Assembly (NCBI GenBank): GCA_964531845.1
Contig: CAZHFI010000001.1
Span: 14,454 to 78,453 of the forward strand
DNA: 64,000 nucleotides
From: an uncultured Nitrososphaeraceae archaeon
GTDB lineage: Archaea > Thermoproteota > Nitrososphaeria > Nitrososphaerales > Nitrososphaeraceae
Direction of reading: 5' to 3'
Below are positions 38,037 to 47,549 of this stretch, in pieces (the stretch's first letter is position 1; every line of letters begins with the position of its first letter). The position numbers and the translations under genes were made by a program. The notes below the pieces were generated by a model. The model was not told the origin of the DNA. It did no database searches and saw only the letters and a program-made list of their open reading frames with translations.

Positions 38037-38602
38037 AAAATGCTAATGTTTCCATCATATCTTTTGAATTACTATTTCGTCAATGATAAGCGCAGCTATT
38101 CGTTTATGTGTATAGATTTTTTAGCAAAAATCCAAAATACTATACCTAATTCCAGACAGACAGATACATATCTAAATTCTTTTTTAATAGAAAAAACATA
38201 GTGTCTATGTGGTGTTGCGTTAATAAACCCAATCCAAAAAAATATAGATATAAAATACATTACCACTACTACTGTGAATATTCTATTGCTATTTAATAAT
38301 TATATACGAAAGATAAATTAGTAAAAATTAAGAGAATGTTACAAGACATAGACTAAATTTTATACTATCATATCATATTTTTTATTTTGAATTATCAGAG
38401 AAAATGGATACTGATAAAATGAACATATGAAATTAATACATAATATTTGATTTAACTCATTTGAAATATAAATGATATGTATGATATGATAATTAAAACA
38501 TCTGCTAATCCTCAATATTTACAAACATTCTGTTGCATGTATAATTAAAAAATAGTCTACGAGATAGATTCACATATTTGACAATAAGATATAACAAAAA
38601 AA

Positions 38603-39940
38603 TTAATCCGAAAATTGGATATCTGCACCCAGTTCTTTCATCTTTGGAATAAAATCAGGGAAAGACACATCTACCGATTCTACACCAGATACCACAGAAT
38701 TATTAGTTAATAAGCTTACAATCGTAAATGCCATAAATAATCTATGATCACCGTAAGCATTTAATTTTGCATTTTTTAGAACTGATGGAGCAGTAATTTT
38801 TAATGAATCACTATCTTCAGTTACATTTAGTCCCATTTTTTGTAATTCCGTAGCAATATTATGTACCCTGTCGGTCTCTTTAAACCTTGCATGAGAAATA
38901 CCATAAATAGTCATTGGAGATTTACAAATCACTGATAGAATTGATACAACAGGCAACAAATCCGGTGAATCAACTAAATCACATTCTATACCATTAAGTT
39001 GATCGGACCTGTATATATGCATGGTTCCATTAATTTTATCCGCCTTAATTTCTCCTCCCATTTCTCTTACGATGTCTATTATTTTCATATCTCCTTGTGG
39101 CAGGTCGAAATTTAAACCAGAGATAAGAATTGATTCATTGGATGACAATATGCCTGCAGCAATCAACAAAGCAGCGGTAGAGAAATCTCCAGGTATTGTA
39201 ATTTCAGTCGGAGAATAATGCGCCCGCGGGATAAAGTATTCAGAAGTATTTGAATCTACCCCTACGCCAAAATGATTCATGGTAGCGATAGTCGAGTCAA
39301 TATACGGTCTTGAAACCTGCTTGCCGGATATCTTCAAAGAAACTTCACTATTAGAGTAAATACAAGATATTAAAAGTGATGATACAAACTGACTTGAAAT
39401 ATTACCTTCAATTATTGCATTTCCGCCTTTAATACCACCACCTTTTATAATTAATGGTGGTGTATCATTGGAATTGGTTGAAAAAGAATCCACCCCAAGT
39501 TGATTAAGAGCTGAAATAAGTGGTTTCATAGGACGTTTCCTAAGACTTTCATCTCCTGTTAAAATAGTATAACCATCTTTAACTAAACTAGACATTGAAG
39601 TCAAAATTCGAATTGTCGTACCAGAATTTTCTGCATTTATCACATCATCTGGAGTGTCTAATTTTTCTTTCCCATCTATGATCAAAGTCGGTTTCGAATA
39701 CATTTCTTTAGATTTTGTAATTGTATTACATTTTTTATTTTCTAAAATTGTTGCACCTAACATTTTACATCCATTTATCGTCGCTATGGTATCACGAGAA
39801 AATAAAGGATTAATAATTTTAGAGGTTCCTTGTGAAAGTGATGCTATGGCTATAGCTCTGTGTGTATAACTCTTACTGGGAGGGCAGATAATATTCCCTC
39901 CCAAAAAGGAACGTTTAATTTTTATACTATTACTAGACAA
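38603..39940 (-). CDS. aroA: 3-phosphoshikimate 1-carboxyvinyltransferase (EPSP synthase)
   Basis: PPSKSYTHRA, NSGTTIR, LRKRPM and DHRLFMAF motifs. Length 445 aa. Confidence 0.95.
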   Translation of the reverse strand: MSSNSIKIKRSFLGGNIICPPSKSYTHRAIAIASLSQGTSKIINPLFSRDTIATINGCKMLGATILENKKCNTITKSKEMYSKPTLIIDGKEKLDTPDDVINAENSGTTIRILTSMSSLVKDGYTILTGDESLRKRPMKPLISALNQLGVDSFSTNSNDTPPLIIKGGGIKGGNAIIEGNISSQFVSSLLISCIYSNSEVSLKISGKQVSRPYIDSTIATMNHFGVGVDSNTSEYFIPRAHYSPTEITIPGDFSTAALLIAAGILSSNESILISGLNFDLPQGDMKIIDIVREMGGEIKADKINGTMHIYRSDQLNGIECDLVDSPDLLPVVSILSVICKSPMTIYGISHARFKETDRVHNIATELQKMGLNVTEDSDSLKITAPSVLKNAKLNAYGDHRLFMAFTIVSLLTNNSVVSGVESVDVSFPDFIPKMKELGADIQFSD

Positions 39941-40838
39941 TGGTTCTTTTAACCTCAGCCTTTTGATTACTAATTCTAGATATCAATACTTTTCCATGTT
40001 CGCTATACATAGAAGCAATATTTGAAATTTCATTGTTTTTGACAATTGCAACGATTGCTGGCCCGTTTCCGGATATACTTGTTCCAATTACACCGTTTTC
40101 AATTGTAGTTAAAAGTAATGGAATTTTGTCTTGATATAACAAAGAAGCAATTAGAATTCCATTTAAATTCATTGCATTCCAGTATTCACCTTTTTTAGCT
40201 ATATGAAACAATTCCTCAAATAAAGGCCGCAATATCTTCAAATTCTGAACATTTTCGGATCTAGACTTCTGTTTGGGAATAAGTATGACAGCATGAAGAT
40301 TTTCATCCGATTCTTCTCTCTTTACAAGATAATTCGAAAGGTTTTTTGTAATTACAAACCCACCAAAGTAACATGCAGTTGCATCGTCATATGCACCAGT
40401 GATGGTGACTCCTGCTTGTTTAGATGCCAATACGGCGGAGTTTAATACCTGAAAATCATCGATCTTAGATGTTTCATTAACTTGATTATAATCAATTTCA
40501 TATGTATGTGGAGAAATTGGGATTCCATAACAAGCAAGAGATATTGCAGTTGATACGGCACTGGAACTTTTCAATCCAGATCCAGAAGGAATTTCGGAAA
40601 CAACTTTTACATTAAAATCATGTTTTTGAAAAAATTGTGTTGGAATCGAGTTTCTCACGACATATTCAACAAAAGTATTATTATCTTGTTCATTAAAAGT
40701 AATTATACCGCGACCTAATTTACACTCAATTTCAGCTTTTACAGGTAAGGAAATACCTAAAGCGCATCCATTTCCTGTTGCTATGGCATTTATAATAGAA
40801 ACCGCACCGTGTAAACTGGCAGATGTAACAATATTCAT
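39933..40838 (-). CDS. aroK: shikimate kinase, archaeal GHMP-kinase type
   Basis: GHMP motif PSGSGLKSSSA. It sits between aroE and aroA with 4-nt and 8-nt overlaps. Confidence 0.85.
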   Translation of the reverse strand: MNIVTSASLHGAVSIINAIATGNGCALGISLPVKAEIECKLGRGIITFNEQDNNTFVEYVVRNSIPTQFFQKHDFNVKVVSEIPSGSGLKSSSAVSTAISLACYGIPISPHTYEIDYNQVNETSKIDDFQVLNSAVLASKQAGVTITGAYDDATACYFGGFVITKNLSNYLVKREESDENLHAVILIPKQKSRSENVQNLKILRPLFEELFHIAKKGEYWNAMNLNGILIASLLYQDKIPLLLTTIENGVIGTSISGNGPAIVAIVKNNEISNIASMYSEHGKVLISRISNQKAEVKRTIV

Positions 40839-41713
40839 TTAGGTTCTCCAAATATACCTAAAAGAGATTTTTTCATTGCTTCAACAGGTGCCTTTAATCC
40901 TGTCCAAATTTGAAATGCTTTTACTCCTTGGAACAACAGCATTTCATACCCAAAGATTATAGTAGATTGAGCATGTTTTGCATTTTGGATCAAGTTTGTG
41001 TATATCGGATTATACACAATATCAAAAACTATAGAATTCTTGTTGATAGATTTTGAATCCAGAAGGCTCTCCTCGTTATTCATTCCCATAGAAGTTGTGT
41101 TGACAATAAGATGTGAAATTAATGAATAATTTTTAATTTCATCTAAGGAATGGAATTCGCAATTTAGACCATTTTTCAAAGCAAAATCGGTTAATTCCAT
41201 TGCTTTACTTATTGTTCTATTAACAATAAAAATTTTTGAAATCCTATCCTTTTCTTCAGATAAGCCAGTGATTATTGCTCGTGAGGACCCTCCTGCCCCA
41301 ATGATTAAAATATTTTTTTTTGTAAAGTCAAAATTTCTTTTCCGGAGAGGAAACATAAATCCATAAATATCTGTATTATAACCCCATAACTTTCCATTTA
41401 TATTTTTCACGGTATTAACTGCAGCGGCTTTTGATGCAGATTCATCCAAATAATCCAAATATTTTATAATACTAACTTTGTGAGGTATGGTTACATTGAA
41501 TCCGGATATATTGAGCGAGCGGAAAGAGTCAATACAACTTTTCAAATCCTCATGGGATACTCTAAATGCAAAGTAGTTACAATTCAAGCCTAACTCTTTA
41601 AAGGCGGTATTTTGCATGACTGGAGATAATGAATGTGATATGGGATTTCCAATAATACAGTATGTTTGTAAACCAGTTTTCATTCTATCTTTGATTTGAT
41701 TATTACTTGTCAT
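40835..41713 (-). CDS. aroE: shikimate 5-dehydrogenase
   Basis: GNPISHSLSPVMQN, NVTIPHK, NTD and GAGGSSRA motifs. Confidence 0.9.
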   Translation of the reverse strand: MTSNNQIKDRMKTGLQTYCIIGNPISHSLSPVMQNTAFKELGLNCNYFAFRVSHEDLKSCIDSFRSLNISGFNVTIPHKVSIIKYLDYLDESASKAAAVNTVKNINGKLWGYNTDIYGFMFPLRKRNFDFTKKNILIIGAGGSSRAIITGLSEEKDRISKIFIVNRTISKAMELTDFALKNGLNCEFHSLDEIKNYSLISHLIVNTTSMGMNNEESLLDSKSINKNSIVFDIVYNPIYTNLIQNAKHAQSTIIFGYEMLLFQGVKAFQIWTGLKAPVEAMKKSLLGIFGEPK

Positions 41714-42408
41714 TTCTCTTTCTGCAAGATGTTTTCATCAATTTTATTGTAGATTCTACGCATCTCAATAATATTCATCTGTCCAGGAGCTAGCGATTCA
41801 TTCATTGTAGCATAAGTAAATGGAGCATGTCCTACTATAGTACATAAAATTCTTGATATTATACCATAATCACCCATAGCAAATAGTATTAAATTTATCT
41901 TCGGAAATATTTCATACAACTTTAGTAGTCTTATTGAATCCATGCCGGTTGTAGCGGTTGTTACAATCTTTATAAAATTACTATAGCGGCTGATTTCAAT
42001 TATAAGGTTTTCTATTACTGAACAATCAGGAGTATTTTCGAAATTATGAGATGATATCAATATTTTGGAATTATTTTCTCGAAAAAAATCATACAATATC
42101 GGATAATTCTGGATAGTTTCATATTCGACATCTAATAAATATGGATTTAGTTTTGATAATAATTTTAACTGTTCAACTCTTACATCATCGCTTCCAGAAT
42201 ATCTTCCACCCTGGTTAAGAGGTCTCAAGGTAAAGATGCATTTATCTTTAATAGAATCAACAATATTAATTGCATTATAAATCTCACAAATAGGTAAATA
42301 ATCAAACCGAATTTCCAAAAGATCTGGTTCAATGTGTAAAGCTTTTTTAACAGATTCTTCAAGTTTTTTAATATTACTTTCTGCGATGGATATACAGATT
42401 TTTACCAA
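41710..42408 (-). CDS. aroD: 3-dehydroquinate dehydratase, type I
   Basis: LLEIRFDYL and SSHNFENTP, with the Schiff-base Lys region FIKIVT. Length 232 aa. Confidence 0.8.
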   Translation of the reverse strand: MVKICISIAESNIKKLEESVKKALHIEPDLLEIRFDYLPICEIYNAINIVDSIKDKCIFTLRPLNQGGRYSGSDDVRVEQLKLLSKLNPYLLDVEYETIQNYPILYDFFRENNSKILISSHNFENTPDCSVIENLIIEISRYSNFIKIVTTATTGMDSIRLLKLYEIFPKINLILFAMGDYGIISRILCTIVGHAPFTYATMNESLAPGQMNIIEMRRIYNKIDENILQKEK

Positions 42409-42623
42409 TTTAGAATTTATCGTTTGAAGAATATTTTTACTTACTGTTTACAAAGTTTCATCATTCTATATTATATATTTATAATCATTAATTCAATATA
42501 AAAAATATTGTAAGTTATAATATCCAAAAGGTATTCATTTATTTTTATAATTTGATAGTGTTTGGTATATAAGATTCTGTTAGTATTTGAAGGAATACTA
42601 GATGCAGATTTACAGTATATTGA

Positions 42624-43520
42624 CTAGGTTATTTTGGGAATATTATGATGTGATGGAATTTTTTTCCAATTAGCAATCAAAGCTTCTGAACGAATATGTA
42701 AATCCTCATCCAAGCGTGATCTGGCGAGAGTCACATAATCTTTCATGATATCTATTCCAATGTAATGTCGCCCAGAGTGAAATGCAACCTTGGTCGTTTG
42801 ACCACTGCCATTAAATGGATCAAGAACGATATCATTTTCATAAGAATACAACTTCATTAATCGATATGGAATCTCTTCTGGATACGGACAAGGATGTTCT
42901 ATATATCCAGGCGGGATAGGAGCTATATGCCATACGGAATTTGCTATTTCTTTAGTCCATTCCTCATGCGTAGCAGGCAGGATGTTTTGTTTTCTGGTTC
43001 TTCCTGACTTGACATCCCCCTTTCTCAATACAAGAATAAATTCATGCATTATATTTGCACGATAATATTTTGGATATGGATTTATAACAAAAGACCCGTA
43101 TCTATTGGTACCTCCTGTAACTTTATGCCATATAATTTCTTCATGCAGGTACCAATTGCCAAATGGTTCCACTAGTCTCGATAATAACATGTGTGGTAAC
43201 GGAATGATGGTTCCATTTACAACTTCGTTTGCAATAACGATACAACAATAGCCTCCTTCTTTGGTTACATTAAATATTTTCTCATTAAAAATTTCCACCA
43301 TTTCGTTGATATAATCTGTTGTATCTTGTTTTGTCTTTCCTCGATAATTTTCTCCTGTTCCTGAGACATGTAAATCATAATCTATAGCATTTCTATAAGG
43401 AGGTGAGGTAATTGTCAATTGGATTGAATTTTTAGGAAGAAATGAAATAATTTGTTTACAATCCCCTGGCAATATTTTATCTTTAAATTTTAAGAAAGAC
43501 GTATCAAATGAAGATGACAT
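42624..43520 (-). CDS. beta-class N4/N6 DNA methyltransferase (SPPY motif IV; candidate m4C enzyme), no adjacent restriction gene
   Basis: Motif IV TSPPYRNAIDY comes first, followed by motif I VLDPFNGSGQTTKVA, plus HPCPYPEEIP. The order IV..I defines the beta class. Confidence 0.9.
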   Translation of the reverse strand: MSSSFDTSFLKFKDKILPGDCKQIISFLPKNSIQLTITSPPYRNAIDYDLHVSGTGENYRGKTKQDTTDYINEMVEIFNEKIFNVTKEGGYCCIVIANEVVNGTIIPLPHMLLSRLVEPFGNWYLHEEIIWHKVTGGTNRYGSFVINPYPKYYRANIMHEFILVLRKGDVKSGRTRKQNILPATHEEWTKEIANSVWHIAPIPPGYIEHPCPYPEEIPYRLMKLYSYENDIVLDPFNGSGQTTKVAFHSGRHYIGIDIMKDYVTLARSRLDEDLHIRSEALIANWKKIPSHHNIPKIT

Positions 43521-43630
43521 TAATTTAAAATTCCGTCGGTATCAATATTCAGAATACTTTAAAACAATGAACTATTTGATAAATAAAATTTATACAGGAT
43601 TTTTTATCATAAAAATTATAATAAGATTAA

Positions 43631-44698
43631 TTATTTTTCAACGATGTATTCGTTAACTTTCATTCCAAAATGACGTCCTGTCGGTGGAGAACAAGAACAT
43701 AGGATCTCATCACCTGGTTTAATTTCAGTTACCGGAAGCAATTTTCCATCCTTGGTCAACATTTGAATTGTTTCTGCATTTTGTACTATTACAGTTCCTT
43801 CCAAACCGTTTGAAGATAATGCCCTTATAAGTTTTAAAGGTCTTGTTTCAATTTTAGATCGTCCAACTGAAACTCTTCGTGATGAACCAGATTTATTAAT
43901 AACCAAAATTTCATTTCCTGATTCAAGCTCAGATAGGTATTGCGTATTTCCGTCTGGAAGAATAGTATAACAGTAGACAGCCCCGGCATTAACGCGGAAT
44001 GGACGAGGAGAAGTAAATGCAGAACCAAATGATTCATTATGTATTAAAAATAGAAAATTAGACTTGCTTCCTACCAGCATTCCCTCACCATTTTCAAGTA
44101 TTGAAACAGTATCTACACAAACCCTCTCACCTATGCCAACATCCTTTATTTCAATTATTCTAGCTGCTTGAATTGGAAAGTAGAGATTTTTCATAAATTT
44201 TATGGATCGTTCTATTTCGACTTTACTATTGGTAGAGAGAATAACACCATCTACACCCAACTCTAAAACAGTGAACATTGTTCTTACCTCTTCAGAATTT
44301 TTTGCAGTGGTAAAAATTTTCGTGCTTTTATCTTGAAGCTTGGCAATAATATTTTCCAGAGGAATTATTTTCCAGTCGTCGGCATCAACGATAACATAGT
44401 CTGCTCCAAGATTAGTTGCATTTTCAATTTCATCAATATCTTCATTAGAAAGAACCTTTTTATAATATGCGATTTTTTTACCCAAAGTTTGCAATCGTGA
44501 AAAATCATCCAATTTGGTTGAAATAACAATATCAGCATCATCGGATTCGTAGATAATGATATTTTTACTGTTTTCTATTTTATATTTTGGATCTATTTTT
44601 ATAATACTGATAGAAGATATATCTTTCAAAAATGAATCTAATTCACTTATATTTATCTTGGGTTCTATGATTAGTTCTTTATTTTTTTGACTGGCCAA
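43631..44698 (-). CDS. aroB': 3-dehydroquinate synthase II (archaeal type)
   Basis: 355 aa with a 20-nt overlap with aroA'. The overall pattern fits the archaeal DHQ synthase II family (VDGVIL, RVCVDT, RPFRVNAGAV). Confidence 0.85.
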   Translation of the reverse strand: MASQKNKELIIEPKINISELDSFLKDISSISIIKIDPKYKIENSKNIIIYESDDADIVISTKLDDFSRLQTLGKKIAYYKKVLSNEDIDEIENATNLGADYVIVDADDWKIIPLENIIAKLQDKSTKIFTTAKNSEEVRTMFTVLELGVDGVILSTNSKVEIERSIKFMKNLYFPIQAARIIEIKDVGIGERVCVDTVSILENGEGMLVGSKSNFLFLIHNESFGSAFTSPRPFRVNAGAVYCYTILPDGNTQYLSELESGNEILVINKSGSSRRVSVGRSKIETRPLKLIRALSSNGLEGTVIVQNAETIQMLTKDGKLLPVTEIKPGDEILCSCSPPTGRHFGMKVNEYIVEK

Positions 44699-45476
44699 TT
44701 TTTTTTAACACTTCTTTTTGTGGTTTCCCCTCAATTATAATTTCTGAGAGGCACTTGATGATGGTTGGGGGATGTTTATGTTGAAAAATATTTCTTCCAA
44801 AAGTAACCCCAATTGCTCCAGACTTTATGGCATCACTACATAATTGCAATATATCATTATCATTTGAAATTTTTTGTCCGCCTGCTATCACAATAGGAAC
44901 TGGACAGCTTTTTACTACTTTTTTAAAGGATTCTACACTTCCAGTGTAAACCGTTTTCACTATATCTGCACCAGCTTCTGCACCTATTCGCGCGACATGG
45001 GATACGATTTCAGTGTCATATGGATTTTTGATATTGTCTCCTCTAGGGTACATCATAGCAATTAAAGGAACATTCCAATTAGAACAATCATCAGATATCA
45101 TTCCTAATATTTCCAACATCTCAGGTTCCTCCTTTGCACCAATATTGATGTGTAAAGATACTGCATCAGAACCTAATCTCAAGGCTTCATCTACGCTTCC
45201 CATAAGAACTTTTTTGTTTGGTTGAGGACCTAATGTTGTGCTAGCAGACATATGAGTAATTAATCCAATATTATTTGGTGGTCTAGGTAAGCTCTTCAAT
45301 ATACCTTTGTTTATTAATATAGAAGTTAATCCTACATTTTCACATGAATAAATCAAATTATGGACGTCTTCTAATCCTTTGATTGGACCGTTGGTGATAC
45401 CATGGTCCATAGGAATACAAACCATTTTCCCATTTTTAAGAATTCTATTTAAACGGACATCGATTCCAGATACCAT
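44679..45476 (-). CDS. aroA': 2-amino-3,7-dideoxy-D-threo-hept-6-ulosonate (ADH) synthase, class I aldolase fold
   Basis: IPMDHGITNGPIKGL, MMYPRGDNI, ADIVKT and GRNIFQH are collinear with MJ0400-type ADH synthase. Confidence 0.9.
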   Translation of the reverse strand: MVSGIDVRLNRILKNGKMVCIPMDHGITNGPIKGLEDVHNLIYSCENVGLTSILINKGILKSLPRPPNNIGLITHMSASTTLGPQPNKKVLMGSVDEALRLGSDAVSLHINIGAKEEPEMLEILGMISDDCSNWNVPLIAMMYPRGDNIKNPYDTEIVSHVARIGAEAGADIVKTVYTGSVESFKKVVKSCPVPIVIAGGQKISNDNDILQLCSDAIKSGAIGVTFGRNIFQHKHPPTIIKCLSEIIIEGKPQKEVLKKIGQSKK

Positions 45477-45560
45477 TTATAATAGCAGAAATCATTAATC
45501 CTATTTAAAAGTCATATCCTCAAAAGATCCTTTTTAAAATGGAAACTTTTATGAAACGGT

Positions 45561-46319
45561 TTAGATACTTTTTGAAAGTACACATATTGAAGATGGAATT
45601 TTTTTATGAGAATTTTTTTTAATTCGAGACCGAATAAAAGATAATTCTCTAGAATTAAAAATTTTTGATCTTTTGGAAAATGTCGGGTCATTAAGATATT
45701 GCAAGATATTATCTATTTTTTCATATGATAAACCTAATTCCTTTTCCGCTGTTTGATATTCCCACAATCGTGGAGAACTTTCTTTATTAACTATCGATTC
45801 AGGAATATGCAAAAATTTGGCTAATTGTCTGACTTGAGTTTTATATAGATCAGCAATTGGCATAAGATCAGAAGCACCATCACCATATTTTGTGTAATAA
45901 CCTAGTTCCAATTCACTTTTGTCGGTGGTACCAAGCACTAATCGGTTCATTATACCGGCATAATAATATAAAATACACATTCGTAATCTAGCAGTGAGAT
46001 TTCCTGCTGCAAATTCGTTGGGGATGAGATATTTTAGAAAATGTGTTTTTACATCCGATATATCAATTATCCTTGATTTTATTTTTAGATCCCGTGCTAA
46101 ATCAAGTGAATCAAAAACATCACTCATCGGTGTAATGTTGTAATCAGGAATTATTATTCCAAATACATTTTTCGATCCAACTGCTTTTACTGCCAGAGAT
46201 GCCACAACTGATGAATCTAACCCTCCACTTAATCCAATTACAAATCCTTTTTTTTGTCTTTTTTTATTTTCAGTTTCAAGGAATTTTACGATTGTCTTTG
46301 TTATATTTGATAAATTCAT
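45561..46319 (-). CDS. nadE: NH3-dependent NAD+ synthetase
   Basis: PP-loop GLSGGLDSSV and the TKYGDGASDL region. Confidence 0.9.
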   Translation of the reverse strand: MNLSNITKTIVKFLETENKKRQKKGFVIGLSGGLDSSVVASLAVKAVGSKNVFGIIIPDYNITPMSDVFDSLDLARDLKIKSRIIDISDVKTHFLKYLIPNEFAAGNLTARLRMCILYYYAGIMNRLVLGTTDKSELELGYYTKYGDGASDLMPIADLYKTQVRQLAKFLHIPESIVNKESSPRLWEYQTAEKELGLSYEKIDNILQYLNDPTFSKRSKIFNSRELSFIRSRIKKNSHKKIPSSICVLSKSI

Positions 46320-46350
46320 ACTCCAGATTTTCGATCATTATAGAATTTAC

Positions 46351-47490
46351 ATGATATTATATTTTTATATGTCAAAATTCCAAATTGAATATCCCATGGA
46401 AAAAATTAATAGGAAAAAAAATGACAAGATCAACAAAATTGGATTGACTTACCAAAAATCCGGAGTAGATTTAAGAAAAATAAGATATGTTCAAAAGGAT
46501 ATTGGGGATTTCATTAAAAATACTTCTATTTTTCAAAATGTTGGAAATGTGATAACTGGTTTTGGGCACTATTCTGGACTTATCGAAATAGGCCCTTCGG
46601 TCTTTGCTCTTCATACTGATGGAGTTGGAACCAAATTAATTATAGCACAAAAAATGGGAATTTATAATACAGTTGGAATAGATTGTATCGCCATGAATGT
46701 AAATGATGTAATCTGTGTTGGAGCAAAACCATTTGCTTTTGTAGATTATATAGCATTACAATCATTGGATAAAAAAATATTAAAAGAAATAATGAAGGGT
46801 CTTGTTTTAGGAGCCAAAATGGCAAAAATTGCGATTGTAGGTGGTGAAACAGCTGTAGTCCCGGATTTATTATCTGAAAAACAAGATTCCTTTGACCTAG
46901 CAGGTACTGCACTAGGAATAGGTGAAAAGAATAGTCTAATTTTAGGAAACAAAATACATGAGGATCAAATAATTTTTGGTTTGGAGAGCAACGGTCTACA
47001 TTCAAATGGATACACTTTAGCTAGAAAAGCATTAGCCAATTTGCCATTGGATAAAAAACCAAAAAATTGGCTTACAAGTCTAGGTGAGGAACTACTTGCA
47101 CCTACAAGAATATATGTTGAACCTATTATAGAACTATTAGAAAAAAAAATAGAAGTGAGTGGATTAGCAAATATAACAGGTGGGGCATTTACAAAGTTAA
47201 AACGTTTAAATGAAAAAATATGTTTTAATTTGGATAATTTACCACAACCAATTTCACCAATATTTAATTTAATTAGACAGAAAGGAAAAATAACCTATGA
47301 TGAGATGTATAAAACATTTAATATGGGAATAGGTTTTTGTATTATTGCACCTAAAGAATCGGAAACAAATATTATGAAAATAGTACAAAAACATAAAATA
47401 AATTTATATAAAATTGGAAAAACCAGTAAGAATATTAATGCAAGTGTAGTTTTACGTATTGAAGAAAAAAATTATATCCTGCAAAAATAG
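46351..47490 (+). CDS. purM: phosphoribosylformylglycinamidine cyclo-ligase (AIR synthetase)
   Basis: LTYQKSGVDL, HTDGVGTK and GGETA motifs. The true start is probably the internal ATG at 46396 (MEKINRKK...), which leaves room for divergent promoters. Confidence 0.9.
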   Translation: MILYFYMSKFQIEYPMEKINRKKNDKINKIGLTYQKSGVDLRKIRYVQKDIGDFIKNTSIFQNVGNVITGFGHYSGLIEIGPSVFALHTDGVGTKLIIAQKMGIYNTVGIDCIAMNVNDVICVGAKPFAFVDYIALQSLDKKILKEIMKGLVLGAKMAKIAIVGGETAVVPDLLSEKQDSFDLAGTALGIGEKNSLILGNKIHEDQIIFGLESNGLHSNGYTLARKALANLPLDKKPKNWLTSLGEELLAPTRIYVEPIIELLEKKIEVSGLANITGGAFTKLKRLNEKICFNLDNLPQPISPIFNLIRQKGKITYDEMYKTFNMGIGFCIIAPKESETNIMKIVQKHKINLYKIGKTSKNINASVVLRIEEKNYILQK

Positions 47491-47549
47491 TATCATAAAA
47501 TTGATCATATATTATTATTTGAATTGAAAAGAATTCGTATGGGATAATT

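Noticed and set aside
38366-38491. 12-bp inverted pair TATCATATCATA / TATGATATGATA, about 100 bp apart, considered as the termini of a second MITE
   Set aside because: The motif is a simple ATGAT/ATCAT-type repeat, there is no flanking target duplication, and there is no second copy in the window. It is mentioned only in the context of the aro-gap finding.
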